Part shown: piece after piece, positions 1 through 9,554 of the stretch
How positions within the stretch are numbered: the first letter of the stretch is position 1
How the letters are laid out: each line of letters begins with the position of its first letter
DNA from: an uncultured virus (IMG/VR IMGVR_UViG_3300037067_020175)
Lineage: Duplodnaviria > Heunggongvirae > Uroviricota > Caudoviricetes
Strand: one strand, 5' to 3'
Virus record (IMG/VR): IMGVR_UViG_3300037067_020175
DNA length: 64,000 nt
Position numbers and translations under genes: made by a program
The notes under the pieces: model-generated
Told to the model about the DNA's origin: nothing
Databases searched by the model: none
Seen by the model: only the letters and a program-made list of their open reading frames with translations

Positions 1-380
1 TCATCGTCGTGATCGTCGTCTTCGTCGTCTTCGTCGTCTTCGTCGTCTTCGTCGTCTTCGTCGTCTTCGTCGTCTTCGTCGTCTTCGTCGTCTTCGTCGT
101 CTTCGTCGTCTTCGTCGTCTTCGTCTTCCGGTTCGTAATCGGGTTCGTCCGGATCTTCTTCGTCGTCCTCACCATCATCCTTCGGGACGATGTGGAACGA
201 TTCGCTCTCGATGGTGATTGTGAAGATATCATCAAGTTCGAGTTCATTTCCCTCGACCATGTTAATCATTTCTTCATCAGCACGCGCGAATGCTTCTCTT
301 GTGTTCGTTGCCGGTACTAACATGTCGGATACATATCTGACATGATACATTCTTACGATTGGATTCTTTCGTTTTCCCAT
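1..380 (-). CDS. Hypothetical protein with long Asp/Glu tail; 3' end runs off the window
   Basis: Read by hand from ATG 380: MGKRKNPIVRMYHVRYVSDMLVPATN...EPEDEDDEDD with no stop before base 1; co-oriented with neighbours. Confidence 0.75.
   Translation of the reverse strand, partial: MGKRKNPIVRMYHVRYVSDMLVPATNTREAFARADEEMINMVEGNELELDDIFTITIESESFHIVPKDDGEDDEEDPDEPDYEPEDEDDEDDEDDEDDEDDEDDEDDEDDEDDEDDEDDEDDDHDD
14..121. repeat. Perfect 9-bp tandem repeat (CGTCGTCTT) x12, encoding EDD repeats on the minus strand
   Basis: Units counted directly. Confidence 0.95.
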
Positions 381-385
381 GTTAA

Positions 386-760
386 TCACTGCTCTCTTTG
401 TTCTTCGTGTTGTTTGTTCACTTCTGCAAATACCTTCATTACCTCATCGATCTCTGAATCGGTTATGTTGCAGTCACGTATCAGGATCTCGGTCAACTGC
501 GTGAGAATCTTCTGTGAGTTCTCAAGTACCAGCGGGAGTACATCTTGTGATATTACTCCATCTTCCATTCCCTTGAGCGTCCCGATCATTGCGTAAAGAT
601 CTATCAGAAGCCCTTTTGCAACTTCCTTATCCGCGCAGAATATCTTTGGCACACTCTTCACCGGGTCTGGCAGCTCCACGGTTTTGGGTTGTTCAAAATT
701 CTGTTCGTTGGATGGTGTAAGCTCAAATGTGAACCCACCTTTATTTTCTTCAACTGTCAT
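386..760 (-). CDS. Hypothetical protein
   Basis: 124-aa ORF with ATGA overlap to upstream gene. Confidence 0.7.
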   Translation of the reverse strand: MTVEENKGGFTFELTPSNEQNFEQPKTVELPDPVKSVPKIFCADKEVAKGLLIDLYAMIGTLKGMEDGVISQDVLPLVLENSQKILTQLTEILIRDCNITDSEIDEVMKVFAEVNKQHEEQREQ

Positions 761-966
761 GCATCAACCTCTAATTTCTTTTGATTTTTAGGAATAACGC
801 GTTTATATTCCTTTATTCTCCTGAGCGTTCCTTCTTCGAGTTCACTTAGTCTGTGACAACCGGGGTGTGGGCATTCTGCTGATTCATACACATCCATCAT
901 GTTCTTTTTTACAAAAGTCCCGTGCTCACGGCACTTGAATACGAGTTCATACCGTATTTTCATCAA
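757..966 (-). CDS. Small putative zinc-ribbon protein
   Basis: CREH and CPHPGC motifs; coupled to neighbours. Confidence 0.6.
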   Translation of the reverse strand: MMKIRYELVFKCREHGTFVKKNMMDVYESAECPHPGCHRLSELEEGTLRRIKEYKRVIPKNQKKLEVDA

Positions 967-1412
967 CTCATCCCCGCACGGGATTTTTGTTCGAGATCTC
1001 CGCGCACTACATCTCTATCACCATCCAATATGAATGTTGTCCTACCACCAGTAGAATGAGACCGCTTTGTGTAATGGATCTGATCTATGGTGCGTGTGAT
1101 TTTGGATCGCCGGAAGCATCGGTTCATGTCCATGAGTGTTGGATCTACCTTACAGATGAGTTCGTCAAGCTCTACACCGGAAGCATACATGGGAATATTC
1201 TTTTCGAGTATTACACGCGACAGGGCGCGTATTATATCAGAGTCGATCTGACCAATCGTTTTTGTGCGTTTTTTCTTTTTCAAAGCATCAATAGCCCTGA
1301 TCTTTGACAATGCAATTTCCCTGCGTGTTTCAAATTCTTTAAAGCATCGATCTGAGCATGCCAAATCGCTTCCGTTTATGAATGCACCGCAGATTACGCA
1401 GGTAGTGCTCAT
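963..1412 (-). CDS. Hypothetical protein with N-terminal Zn-binding motif
   Basis: CVICG...CSDRC. Confidence 0.65.
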   Translation of the reverse strand: MSTTCVICGAFINGSDLACSDRCFKEFETRREIALSKIRAIDALKKKKRTKTIGQIDSDIIRALSRVILEKNIPMYASGVELDELICKVDPTLMDMNRCFRRSKITRTIDQIHYTKRSHSTGGRTTFILDGDRDVVRGDLEQKSRAGMS

Positions 1413-1747
1413 TCGGTTTTCCTCTCATCGATCATTACGGAATACCTTATAGGAGCAAATATAATTAACTTCTTATCCGGGTGAATTTTGTGGTATTCCT
1501 GAGCAAGTTCTACAGCTTTATCGTAGGAATACATTGGGTAATTTTTTTCAACTTCTTCAACGTAACCGATTACAGTAATCTCACCCACAGGGTGGTAATT
1601 ATAGCACAACTGCGTATTAAAACTGTTAAAGAATGCCAGTTCTTCTGTGCGTTTATTCAGATACTGCTCGTTTTCCTCTCTCCATCGCTTTGCGCGGGGA
1701 TCAAAAACCGATTCATACCATTCTTTGAATCTTTCAATTAGTGACAT
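1409..1747 (-). CDS. Hypothetical protein
   Basis: 112-aa ORF abutting neighbours. Confidence 0.65.
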   Translation of the reverse strand: MSLIERFKEWYESVFDPRAKRWREENEQYLNKRTEELAFFNSFNTQLCYNYHPVGEITVIGYVEEVEKNYPMYSYDKAVELAQEYHKIHPDKKLIIFAPIRYSVMIDERKTE

Positions 1748-2128
1748 TTACATCGTATCTCCATCAGCCCATTCATCATACGGGTCATGTGACATTAAAG
1801 TAAGATTTGCCATCTCTCCCCTACCACCGGGCAATATAACTCGACTTCCGGGAGGGAATGAGACAAACCTGCCATCTCGCGTGTCTTCCGGATCGAAAAA
1901 AGCATTTCCGACTTCCGAGCGCCCGTGTCGATTCTTCACGCGCATGAATATGAGATCGCCTGTAAACGAATTCACATTGTATTCGATTTCATCACCGATC
2001 TCTACACGTGAAACACCAAAAATCTTCTGCGATTTTGAAGAATCGATTGGTATTGGTTCTCCATCTACAAACAGTGTTTCGTCTTCCGTGATTGCAGTAA
2101 CGATTCCGGTTTTGTTATTATATTTCAT
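1748..2128 (-). CDS. Hypothetical protein
   Basis: 126-aa ORF with GAGG SD. Confidence 0.65.
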   Translation of the reverse strand: MKYNNKTGIVTAITEDETLFVDGEPIPIDSSKSQKIFGVSRVEIGDEIEYNVNSFTGDLIFMRVKNRHGRSEVGNAFFDPEDTRDGRFVSFPPGSRVILPGGRGEMANLTLMSHDPYDEWADGDTM

Positions 2129-2165
2129 AGTTTTTCCCTCGTTTGTTTCCCGGCGAACGGGAATT

Positions 2166-2591
2166 TTATATGTGTTCGTCTCCGAAGAGACTTCTTTTCA
2201 TGGCATCTGGCTTTTTGCTGCATTTTTTTACTTTGCTTTCTTCTTCTACAATACCCGATAGTTGGTATTGTGCATCTTCCATTTGAGATATGAGTTTTGC
2301 CTTTGCGCGTATATTACGTACAACTCTGTCCACTTCACATTGTGGAATATCTACTCCAAGTGTGAACAGATCGTAGAGGTCTTCATGATTTATAACCGCA
2401 GCCCGAATGAGAGAGATATCTCTGTTCTGGAGACTCGGATTGTTCGATATAACCTCTTCGAGTCCATCGACAGCCACACATATGTTTGCGAGTATTTCAA
2501 CAAGATCGGATCTTAGCATACCGATAGTAGCAAGTAGATCACTATCATCATCACGATCTGATTTGTAAGCCAAGATATCACCAATTGTCAT
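2166..2591 (-). CDS. Hypothetical protein
   Basis: 141-aa ORF in the minus-strand run. Confidence 0.65.
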   Translation of the reverse strand: MTIGDILAYKSDRDDDSDLLATIGMLRSDLVEILANICVAVDGLEEVISNNPSLQNRDISLIRAAVINHEDLYDLFTLGVDIPQCEVDRVVRNIRAKAKLISQMEDAQYQLSGIVEEESKVKKCSKKPDAMKRSLFGDEHI

Positions 2592-2614
2592 ATGCGCGCA
2601 CCAAGTATATACGT

Positions 2615-2869
2615 TTAATTGTTCCGAGATGGTATTCTTTGATTGAACTTTACTTCCAAATCAATCGAATGCTTTACACCATCCGACTCACGTTCGAGCA
2701 CAACGTACATACCCTTAGAATCGATGGAATACGTACCCACCAGATAATCCGGGTGTGAAAAGATTTCGCGTTCAACCGCATCGATAAGTTTTGAAACCTT
2801 GATATGGAAATCGCGTAGGTCTTTTAAATTTGCATAGTTTTCATCAGATGTCACATTCGACCCCTCCAC
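2615..2869 (-). CDS. Hypothetical protein
   Basis: 84-aa ORF; start uncertain. Confidence 0.55.
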   Translation of the reverse strand: MEGSNVTSDENYANLKDLRDFHIKVSKLIDAVEREIFSHPDYLVGTYSIDSKGMYVVLERESDGVKHSIDLEVKFNQRIPSRNN

Positions 2870-3135
2870 ATGTCGTATACCTTATCGACACCTATTAAAA
2901 TCAAGCACCCCACCAATATTTTGAGTATGGGAACAATCAACCCGTTTTGACCAGTGAATACATCAGAGAATCCCCACATTATCAGAAACCCACCAGCTAA
3001 TATCAGGGCTCCATAGCAGAATAATATTGTAATTGTAAAAACTGCGAGCATAATTATAAAAACAGCAGTTGCCATCTTCATAAGAAACATCATTCTGTCG
3101 TATTCCACGATTTCACCTCGTATACATGCACACAA
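2851..3135 (-). CDS. Small membrane protein
   Basis: Two to three hydrophobic segments; start uncertain. Confidence 0.6.
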   Translation of the reverse strand: MCACIRGEIVEYDRMMFLMKMATAVFIIMLAVFTITILFCYGALILAGGFLIMWGFSDVFTGQNGLIVPILKILVGCLILIGVDKVYDMWRGRM

Positions 3136-3138
3136 AAA

Positions 3139-4560
3139 TCAAAGTGCGGCATTGTCCCGCACTTCTTGGAATGTGTATTCCTTTACAATCTCGCCGTTAT
3201 AGAAAACGGTTCTGAGGACATCACTCGCGGGGAACTTACCAAATGGGACAGTCTTGTAGCTGTCACCTTCTTTGATAAGTGCAAGCTTGCCACGTTTTGA
3301 AGCCTTGCGCGCATCTGACACCGGGCGTTTGTAAACATCGTGCCATTCGTTATCGATGTTTATGGATGAGCATTTGAATGCAAAGCTTTGTGTGTCCCGG
3401 TTTACTTTCTGTAATAATGCACCACCCATACCGAATATAATGTTTGAAGGTGCAAAACGGTGCTTTTCAACGACTTCGCGCATGATATCCCTGATCATGT
3501 CGAGGCTGATATAATCGCCGTAAATCATGCCAATATGTGGGTTTAAGACACGGTAACCTTTCTTGTTCTCGGTCTCCCCAAACCTCTTCGCCAAGAGTTC
3601 GAGGATTGTTACCGACATCCACTTCGGGTCGCCACTGTCTGGTCGGACAACGAGTTTGCCGGGACGCGCGACGATCTCATCGTGCATTTCGACACCGATG
3701 TATTTATCTACCGCACGCACTGCATCATACGAATCAATGACCATTGATACGATTGCATCAGGTGGTGCATTACGCAGGATGTTGCGATATGCTTCAAGTT
3801 CGTTCTCTTCTCCGTAACTTGTGACAGTTGAATGCTCCGCTGCATATACTGACAGGAGAACGGGGCTTGCGCACTTGCGCGCATCGTAGTATTTGTTTGC
3901 AAACCGCTTGCCAACGAGGGTGTCACTACCCGCAAAATTCACGAGGTGAGCCATATCGCCGATACCAGCAGTCTCGACGCTTGAAGCACCACGGAACCCG
4001 AAATCATTCAAATGCACAATTGACGCGTGCTCACCAGCTTTGACTGCCCAACCTTCAATTTCCTTCTTTACCTCGCGGCTGAGCGTGGCAACAGTGGTTG
4101 GATACCATACAAGTTCAAGCAGACCCTCGAAGAAATTCGGAAGGAAGTATGCGTCACTGTCGGTGTTACGAACAGTCATGAGGACATTCTTGACCGGAAT
4201 GCTCATACCCTCAGGGACTGCCTTGATTTCAAGAGGGAGATAACCATTATGATTCTTTGCGATATACCTCCACGCCTTCTCATTGAAGAACTTGAACCCG
4301 AATATCTCTTCGCAGTCGTGTATAGCCTCGTCTATGGTCTCGTTGGTAACAACCTGCCCCGCCATATACTTTTTCAGGTAGTATTGCACACCGAACACCG
4401 TGGTCTCCGGGAATACCCCACCACGACTTTCGAGATATGAATACACCTCGCGCGTTTCGTCCGGATATTGCATCCAGTGCGTCTCTTTGTACGCATCGGT
4501 CAACTCCTCAGTGATATAATCTGCGAGAAGTGCCGCAGTGATTACGTTGTTTTTCACCAT
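3139..4560 (-). CDS. nadV: Nicotinamide phosphoribosyltransferase (NAMPT)
   Basis: TDAYK, WYPTTVAT, DFGFRGASS, AAEHS, RPDSG and GMGGALLQ motifs; 473 aa. Confidence 0.93.
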   Translation of the reverse strand: MVKNNVITAALLADYITEELTDAYKETHWMQYPDETREVYSYLESRGGVFPETTVFGVQYYLKKYMAGQVVTNETIDEAIHDCEEIFGFKFFNEKAWRYIAKNHNGYLPLEIKAVPEGMSIPVKNVLMTVRNTDSDAYFLPNFFEGLLELVWYPTTVATLSREVKKEIEGWAVKAGEHASIVHLNDFGFRGASSVETAGIGDMAHLVNFAGSDTLVGKRFANKYYDARKCASPVLLSVYAAEHSTVTSYGEENELEAYRNILRNAPPDAIVSMVIDSYDAVRAVDKYIGVEMHDEIVARPGKLVVRPDSGDPKWMSVTILELLAKRFGETENKKGYRVLNPHIGMIYGDYISLDMIRDIMREVVEKHRFAPSNIIFGMGGALLQKVNRDTQSFAFKCSSINIDNEWHDVYKRPVSDARKASKRGKLALIKEGDSYKTVPFGKFPASDVLRTVFYNGEIVKEYTFQEVRDNAAL

Positions 4561-4588
4561 GATTTATACCTCTGCCCTATCAGGGCAA

Positions 4589-4631
4589 TGTGGGTGCGAA
4601 GGTCTGACCCCCCGAACCGCAACCACCCACA
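4589..4631 (-). ncRNA. Divergent tRNA-like element upstream of NAMPT
   Basis: Outer stem TGTGGGTG/CACCCACA and inner stem CGGGGG/CCTTCG, then TGCCCT-GAT-AGGGCA hairpin, GAGGT and ATG; loop is not a canonical T-loop. Confidence 0.45.
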
Positions 4632-4708
4632 CGTTGTGTTGTCCTTTCCCCCCCACCCCATCAAGAGAGAAATCCGAGATTTCTGTCCATCATCAGGGTC
4701 TGAACTAT

Positions 4709-4969
4709 CTACACGTCGCACAATCTACCCATCGACGGAACTCCACCATCGTGAACACGCACACTGTCGTTATTCGAAATAATAACTTTGCGATTTTTCC
4801 GAAGCGTTGTGTCCGTGGGTTCAGCCCCAAACGTTTTTATAATAAGATCTGTCACACGCTTGAACTCTATTAAGTCAAGACCCACGAATTGTAGGAGTAT
4901 CTGTGCCGGTTCGATTGTATTTCCTTCGGCATCGAATTTGCCACCTTTTACTTCTTTTTTAATTTCCAT
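4709..4969 (-). CDS. Hypothetical protein
   Basis: AGGTGA SD; 86 aa. Confidence 0.65.
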   Translation of the reverse strand: MEIKKEVKGGKFDAEGNTIEPAQILLQFVGLDLIEFKRVTDLIIKTFGAEPTDTTLRKNRKVIISNNDSVRVHDGGVPSMGRLCDV

Positions 4970-4973
4970 GATT

Positions 4974-5165
4974 TCACCTATCCACTATTCCAATAGACAT
5001 CGACAGGATATCCAGAATTCCAGAGGATATAGCACGGTGTTGTGTTTCTGTGAGGTCTGTTACGGTCACTATTATAGTCATCATCGAAGGAAGAAGTTCC
5101 GGATCTTCCATTGACCCAGACAATTCATTCTTGTGATACGTCATACTGCATGATTTTATCTCCAT
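4974..5165 (-). CDS. Hypothetical protein
   Basis: GGAGTGA SD; 63 aa. Confidence 0.6.
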   Translation of the reverse strand: MEIKSCSMTYHKNELSGSMEDPELLPSMMTIIVTVTDLTETQHRAISSGILDILSMSIGIVDR

Positions 5166-5177
5166 TATCTCACTCCA

Positions 5178-5660
5178 TCAGAATGTTTTTCTCTCAACCA
5201 CTTTGAGCGTGGGTTCTCCCTCTGACACGTCGATAATCTTCAGATACTTACCCTTACCCAAGAACGCTTCCGTTCTCCCAAGCGGGAATGATATGGTTAT
5301 CTTTTCCATAGCTTCTTTGGTGAGAGTATTACGTATCAATTCGAGATCTTCGGGATACAAACTTTCAAACCGATCCATATTAATGGATGTGGATTTTGAT
5401 CCGGGGCTTTCGATAACTTCGAGAAAATCGTCACATCGTTGGTTTTCCGGGAGTTTCTCGATTTGCCGCATCAACCCACCAAGAAAATCCTTCTCTTGTT
5501 TGAGCTCGCGTGTGAGATCTTCAACCAATTTCTTTTTCTTAACATACTCGTGAAGAACCGGAACTATATTCGGTATAGATTCCATCACATTTTCTTTCAA
5601 AATCGATTTCACTTTTTCACCTCGTTTTTCATGCAATACATTTAAATACGTTTCGATCAC
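5178..5660 (-). CDS. Hypothetical coiled-coil protein; true start probably downstream of 5660
   Basis: Charged helical ORF; GAGGTGA SD near 5617-5623. Confidence 0.65.
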   Translation of the reverse strand: MIETYLNVLHEKRGEKVKSILKENVMESIPNIVPVLHEYVKKKKLVEDLTRELKQEKDFLGGLMRQIEKLPENQRCDDFLEVIESPGSKSTSINMDRFESLYPEDLELIRNTLTKEAMEKITISFPLGRTEAFLGKGKYLKIIDVSEGEPTLKVVERKTF

Positions 5661-5670
5661 TTATACATTT

Positions 5671-6048
5671 ATGAAGTATAAGAACGGGGTTCTTGCGTCA
5701 AGTACCGATCTAAGTGGGATGGTCATGACAGATAAAGATACCGCTTTGATGGCAATTGGAACCGCATTTGGCGGATTGCAAACCCCAATATTGCGACGCG
5801 TGATTGGAGAATCCCAACAGACGGGTTCAAATATATTGACATCGACGACAGGGCTTGCTGCGGTTGCAGTCGGTCTTACATTCATAGGCATAGGTGTGGG
5901 CGCGCGACTTGGGAAGATTGATTTCGATAACGATGTTGCAACAGTAATGCTTGGATATGGAATCAGTGCCATACTATCTCTTGGTATCAATTACATAACC
6001 TCTACAACACTTGTAGCAACATCGAGATCCGCGCGACAAACTCGTTAA
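5671..6048 (+). CDS. Membrane protein on the opposite strand to the left arm
   Basis: Gly/Ala-rich hydrophobic segments; TTTAAATA box 22 nt before ATG. Confidence 0.7.
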   Translation: MKYKNGVLASSTDLSGMVMTDKDTALMAIGTAFGGLQTPILRRVIGESQQTGSNILTSTTGLAAVAVGLTFIGIGVGARLGKIDFDNDVATVMLGYGISAILSLGINYITSTTLVATSRSARQTR

Positions 6049-6362
6049 TACCCGTATGGATTAACAATGTCGGTCTTGATACCGGGCTGACAATGGATGC
6101 CACCATCATCCCCGCCATCATACGAAATGCAGGTAATATTCATCTCCGGGACAGCGAACATTATGTATTCATCGCTATACACGTTGTCTTCCCATATTAC
6201 TATAACATGGTCGCTACGTTCTATAACACCCACATTTTCGTTTTCAGAATCATCAACCTGAGTGCATCCGGAAATAAGAACAAATGCCACAACCGTAAGT
6301 GCAATTACCAGTATAATAATCGACACAAATTTTTCCATTTCTGTAAGTTTCATAACAATCAC
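6045..6362 (-). CDS. Membrane-anchored or lipoprotein-like protein
   Basis: Hydrophobic N-terminus ending ISGC. Confidence 0.65.
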   Translation of the reverse strand: MIVMKLTEMEKFVSIIILVIALTVVAFVLISGCTQVDDSENENVGVIERSDHVIVIWEDNVYSDEYIMFAVPEMNITCISYDGGDDGGIHCQPGIKTDIVNPYGY

Positions 6363-6497
6363 CCACGGATGTTTCTCAGGAGATCCTCAGGCTTCATTCC
6401 GAGGTCAAGCTGCGGAGACCGTTCACATATCATACACTTCCCGTCCCGTATATTCGGGATACAGGTCTTTGCAAGAAGTGCGGTATCCACACTCTTG

Positions 6498-7025
6498 TTA
6501 ACCCAGTTGCAAAAGACTTCTGCCAAGTTTATCAACTCCAAGTTCTACCTCTACCCACGTTCTCACAAACGGGTGAAGCATAATCCTCTCTCGATTCTTT
6601 AAGTAATAGGCAACCGCATTATCGGTTCCCTGTGCCTTTGCAGCACCTCGCCAGTCGCAGACCATTTCTACCATCGCGCCGGGTGTCATTACCACGCATT
6701 CGTGTTCTTTATAGAACGGATTTGAATGCGATCCGTGAGAATCTACAACCCAGTAATTCCAGTGATGATCGTTCCGGTTCTGGTGTCTGCACCACGCCTG
6801 TTGAAACTTTTCGTTCTGTGATGATGTCGGTGGGAATTCCCTGAGATTTCTGCGTGTCCCGTCAGTATGGAAGAAATAGTTCGAATAACCAGTGAATTCG
6901 CTCGGTCTGAACTTGCTCAAGTCGTGAGTAATCCCTCTCCATATGAGTCCTTTATTCAAACATTCCCTGAAAACATAATACTTATGAATCCAGATATACT
7001 TGAAATGGCTCCAGTATTGCCACAT
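6498..7025 (-). CDS. DUF5662-like HD-superfamily protein
   Basis: HK...HDLSKF..SEF, H...NDHHW and EMVCDW motifs. Confidence 0.75.
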   Translation of the reverse strand: MWQYWSHFKYIWIHKYYVFRECLNKGLIWRGITHDLSKFRPSEFTGYSNYFFHTDGTRRNLREFPPTSSQNEKFQQAWCRHQNRNDHHWNYWVVDSHGSHSNPFYKEHECVVMTPGAMVEMVCDWRGAAKAQGTDNAVAYYLKNRERIMLHPFVRTWVEVELGVDKLGRSLLQLG

Positions 7026-7034
7026 AGTTTCTAC

Positions 7035-7307
7035 CTACTCATACCAGCACTCTTCTACGGACATTACGTTTCCGATTCTCGCTTTCGCGAATGAATTTGG
7101 AGATACCTCATATACCGTATTATTCACAGTTATGGTATATTTTGTGCAACCCCACCCACCCGGATCCGGAATTGCCGCCTTGCCGGTAATGATACCCGAA
7201 TTCGTTTGGCAGTGTTTGTCTCCATTCAGGCACCCACTTGTCAATACGAGTGTGAATATGAGTGTAACCAGAGCAGCATATATAATTACTTTAATGTTGA
7301 CGTTCAT
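7035..7307 (-). CDS. Lipoprotein-like small protein
   Basis: Hydrophobic N-terminus ending TSGC. Confidence 0.6.
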   Translation of the reverse strand: MNVNIKVIIYAALVTLIFTLVLTSGCLNGDKHCQTNSGIITGKAAIPDPGGWGCTKYTITVNNTVYEVSPNSFAKARIGNVMSVEECWYE

Positions 7308-7641
7308 TACGATACCTCAAATGTCCCAATGACCCGATTTCAGTTCCGAAAGAGTCGAGAATACCGTGAATCTTGCGTAGTTCTTTCGAAATATTCCAGA
7401 TCTGTTCACGATGAGTTTCAATATCCTTCGCGAGTGCGTTTATTCTCTCGCCATTGGTGTCCTTATAGTAAACAGCCATTTCTTCAATAGATTCACGAAC
7501 ACCTTTATTTATGACTCTGCCGAGCATTATAATTTCATCCTTGCACAACCCGGTGTCCCGTCTTGAGTTTTTTTCACAAGTGTCCGTTTCGTAGAGTCTC
7601 AAGTCTCCACTTGCAGTTGTCGATATTTCATACGTGTGCAT
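7291..7641 (-). CDS. Hypothetical protein (start corrected to MHTYEIS)
   Basis: GAGGTGA SD; the longer ORF-track start reads through a tRNA-like element. Confidence 0.65.
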   Translation of the reverse strand: MHTYEISTTASGDLRLYETDTCEKNSRRDTGLCKDEIIMLGRVINKGVRESIEEMAVYYKDTNGERINALAKDIETHREQIWNISKELRKIHGILDSFGTEIGSLGHLRYRNERQH

Positions 7642-7671
7642 TCGTTTTTCACCTCTGTCCATCTTGGACAA

Positions 7672-7712
7672 ACCGTGAACGGGGCTCGCACCCGTTAGCC
7701 GCTCGACACGGT
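7672..7712 (-). ncRNA. tRNA-like element (acceptor-like stem plus T-arm)
   Basis: ACCGTG...ACGGG-TGCGAGC-CCCGT-T-CACGGT. Confidence 0.75.
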
Positions 7713-7723
7713 ATCCTGCGCCT

Positions 7724-7981
7724 TTACCGCGCGATTGCTGCACCCAGTCCTGCGACAAATACCCAGAACCAGTTCCAGATCGGAACCAAGATGACCATTA
7801 CCACGATTTCCATTACTACCTGATACAACCAGTCAGCCGGTGCAGGGACTCCACTCAGGAATCCAATTCCGAGTAAAACCAGTGGTATCAGCCCAACTGC
7901 AAACCATGCGACTATACCCGCGAGGATGCAGAGAACTGCGACAATAACCATGATACATCCGACGATATTACTGAATCCCAT
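7724..7981 (-). CDS. Small membrane protein
   Basis: GGAGG SD; highly hydrophobic. Confidence 0.7.
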   Translation of the reverse strand: MGFSNIVGCIMVIVAVLCILAGIVAWFAVGLIPLVLLGIGFLSGVPAPADWLYQVVMEIVVMVILVPIWNWFWVFVAGLGAAIAR

Positions 7982-8011
7982 CGATGTCCTCCAAAATATT
8001 AACGTGAATGA

Positions 8012-9502
8012 TTAGTTCACGATTCCAACATTCTCTACATCGCGCAGGAGAGTGGTCTTGTCACCCTCATACATGTGAATGAAGTTCAGTGCCTTGTCAC
8101 TCCACCCACCGACAGTCACATGCCGTGGCTCGTTTTCTGGGAACTGTGTAGTTCCATAGTGCGCGATATCGAACGTGTAAACATATGGGTCGAGACCCAT
8201 CTGCTTGCAGTAAGACTTCAGGGACTGGTAGCAACTTGGCGACCCATACCCCTGTTCGTCAGTGAAGAAGACAATACGGTCTGCCTTAATCTTCTTGTTC
8301 TCAAGAAGCTCGATGCACTGACCTGTGTGTGTTCCACCACCGGCTCTCTGACCCGCATGATGGATCTTCTCGATGTTTGTCAGGATGCTATCTCGTGGGT
8401 TGATTCCAGAAGGAATAACCGTTGATCCGAATCCATACACAACTGAGTTTTCACTGCGTGATGCAATCATTGCTCCGAATACGTTCCCGACATCAGCGTG
8501 CGTTACCTGCGACTTTGGGTGAACGTTGCCGTCCATAGATCCACTGTTATCACAGAACACAGCCGTGGTTCCATACAACATTGGGAAATTCTGTGCACTA
8601 ATATCCATTGCCGTAGAAAGACCACCCATGACCTTGCCAAAGTCACTCTTTCCCTGTATCGCGCGGTATGCCGAGTAATACTGGTATGGGAATATCTTTG
8701 ACTTACGGATGCGGTTTGCATCGGTGAGTTCGTCAACGATGCGGTCTTCGTCAACCCCGTGTTTGATCAGGTTGCGAAGGTTGCGCAGGATTCCGAGGTA
8801 TCCCATCTTTCCGAGGATATAGTCCCAGTTCTCCTTTGTGGAGCCGTTGATCGAGATGTAAGCTTCCCATGTTTCAGGGATAGCCAGCCTGCCGCTGATC
8901 ATACGGTCATATACTGCATACTGGTCGTCATCCTCTGGCGCAGGGTGTGTCAGGAAGTAAACGTCCTTCGGTGTGACGAACATTTCATCCTTTGTATACT
9001 TTGCCAACTGGTACTCGTCGAACTTCGGGAATGCATCGGCAATTCCACGCTTGATCATCATCGGCAAGTTTGAACGGGATCTTCCATTCTTCTTGTTCGA
9101 CTTCATGATGCATGCAACGAGCTCTGTCATGTCATCAACACGCATAATCGTGTCACTGACATACTTATACCCGCCGTAGACTCCACCGTTCTCACGGAGA
9201 ATATCGCTGGCTTCTGCGAGTATGAGTGTCGCAGGTGACCGCATGTAGAACTCATGACGAGCATACCATGCAAGCTTGAGTACGAACTCAGGATCTGTCT
9301 TTGCAATCTTGCGAATTAATCCGACAAATCTTGCGTCTGCTGCCTCCCCAGTTTCGTAGAACTTATCAGTCTGTACGAAAGCTGTAGCCGCGCGCAATAC
9401 CAGTTCCATCTTTTCAGATGGCTTAAAAGCAGGTGCTCCCTCCATGTTCGAGGTCTGCATCTTTATCTTGCTTCTCTTTTCAGTCTTGTTAAATAGAGAC
9501 AA
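8012..9502 (-). CDS. rsr: Ro60/TROVE RNA-binding protein with C-terminal vWA domain; TTG start MSLFNK proposed
   Basis: NMEGAPAF, DPEFVLKLAWYAR, FDEYQLAKY, PETWE, ILRNLRN, DNSGSM (MIDAS) and FTDEQ; AGGTGA SD 5 nt before TTG 9502. Confidence 0.92.
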   Translation of the reverse strand: MSLFNKTEKRSKIKMQTSNMEGAPAFKPSEKMELVLRAATAFVQTDKFYETGEAADARFVGLIRKIAKTDPEFVLKLAWYARHEFYMRSPATLILAEASDILRENGGVYGGYKYVSDTIMRVDDMTELVACIMKSNKKNGRSRSNLPMMIKRGIADAFPKFDEYQLAKYTKDEMFVTPKDVYFLTHPAPEDDDQYAVYDRMISGRLAIPETWEAYISINGSTKENWDYILGKMGYLGILRNLRNLIKHGVDEDRIVDELTDANRIRKSKIFPYQYYSAYRAIQGKSDFGKVMGGLSTAMDISAQNFPMLYGTTAVFCDNSGSMDGNVHPKSQVTHADVGNVFGAMIASRSENSVVYGFGSTVIPSGINPRDSILTNIEKIHHAGQRAGGGTHTGQCIELLENKKIKADRIVFFTDEQGYGSPSCYQSLKSYCKQMGLDPYVYTFDIAHYGTTQFPENEPRHVTVGGWSDKALNFIHMYEGDKTTLLRDVENVGIVN

Positions 9503-9554
9503 TTGTTTCACCTTATGTGAGATTGTGTTCGCAACACTATACGGTGATAAAACT

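Noticed and set aside
9..320. Plus-strand (VVF)n ORF
   Set aside because: Antisense shadow of the 9-bp repeat; the minus-strand acidic ORF fits the gene run
4655..4705. Hammerhead ribozyme or C/D box RNA (CTGATGA...GAAA on the minus strand)
   Set aside because: Stems I and II cannot be formed and no suitably spaced D box is evident
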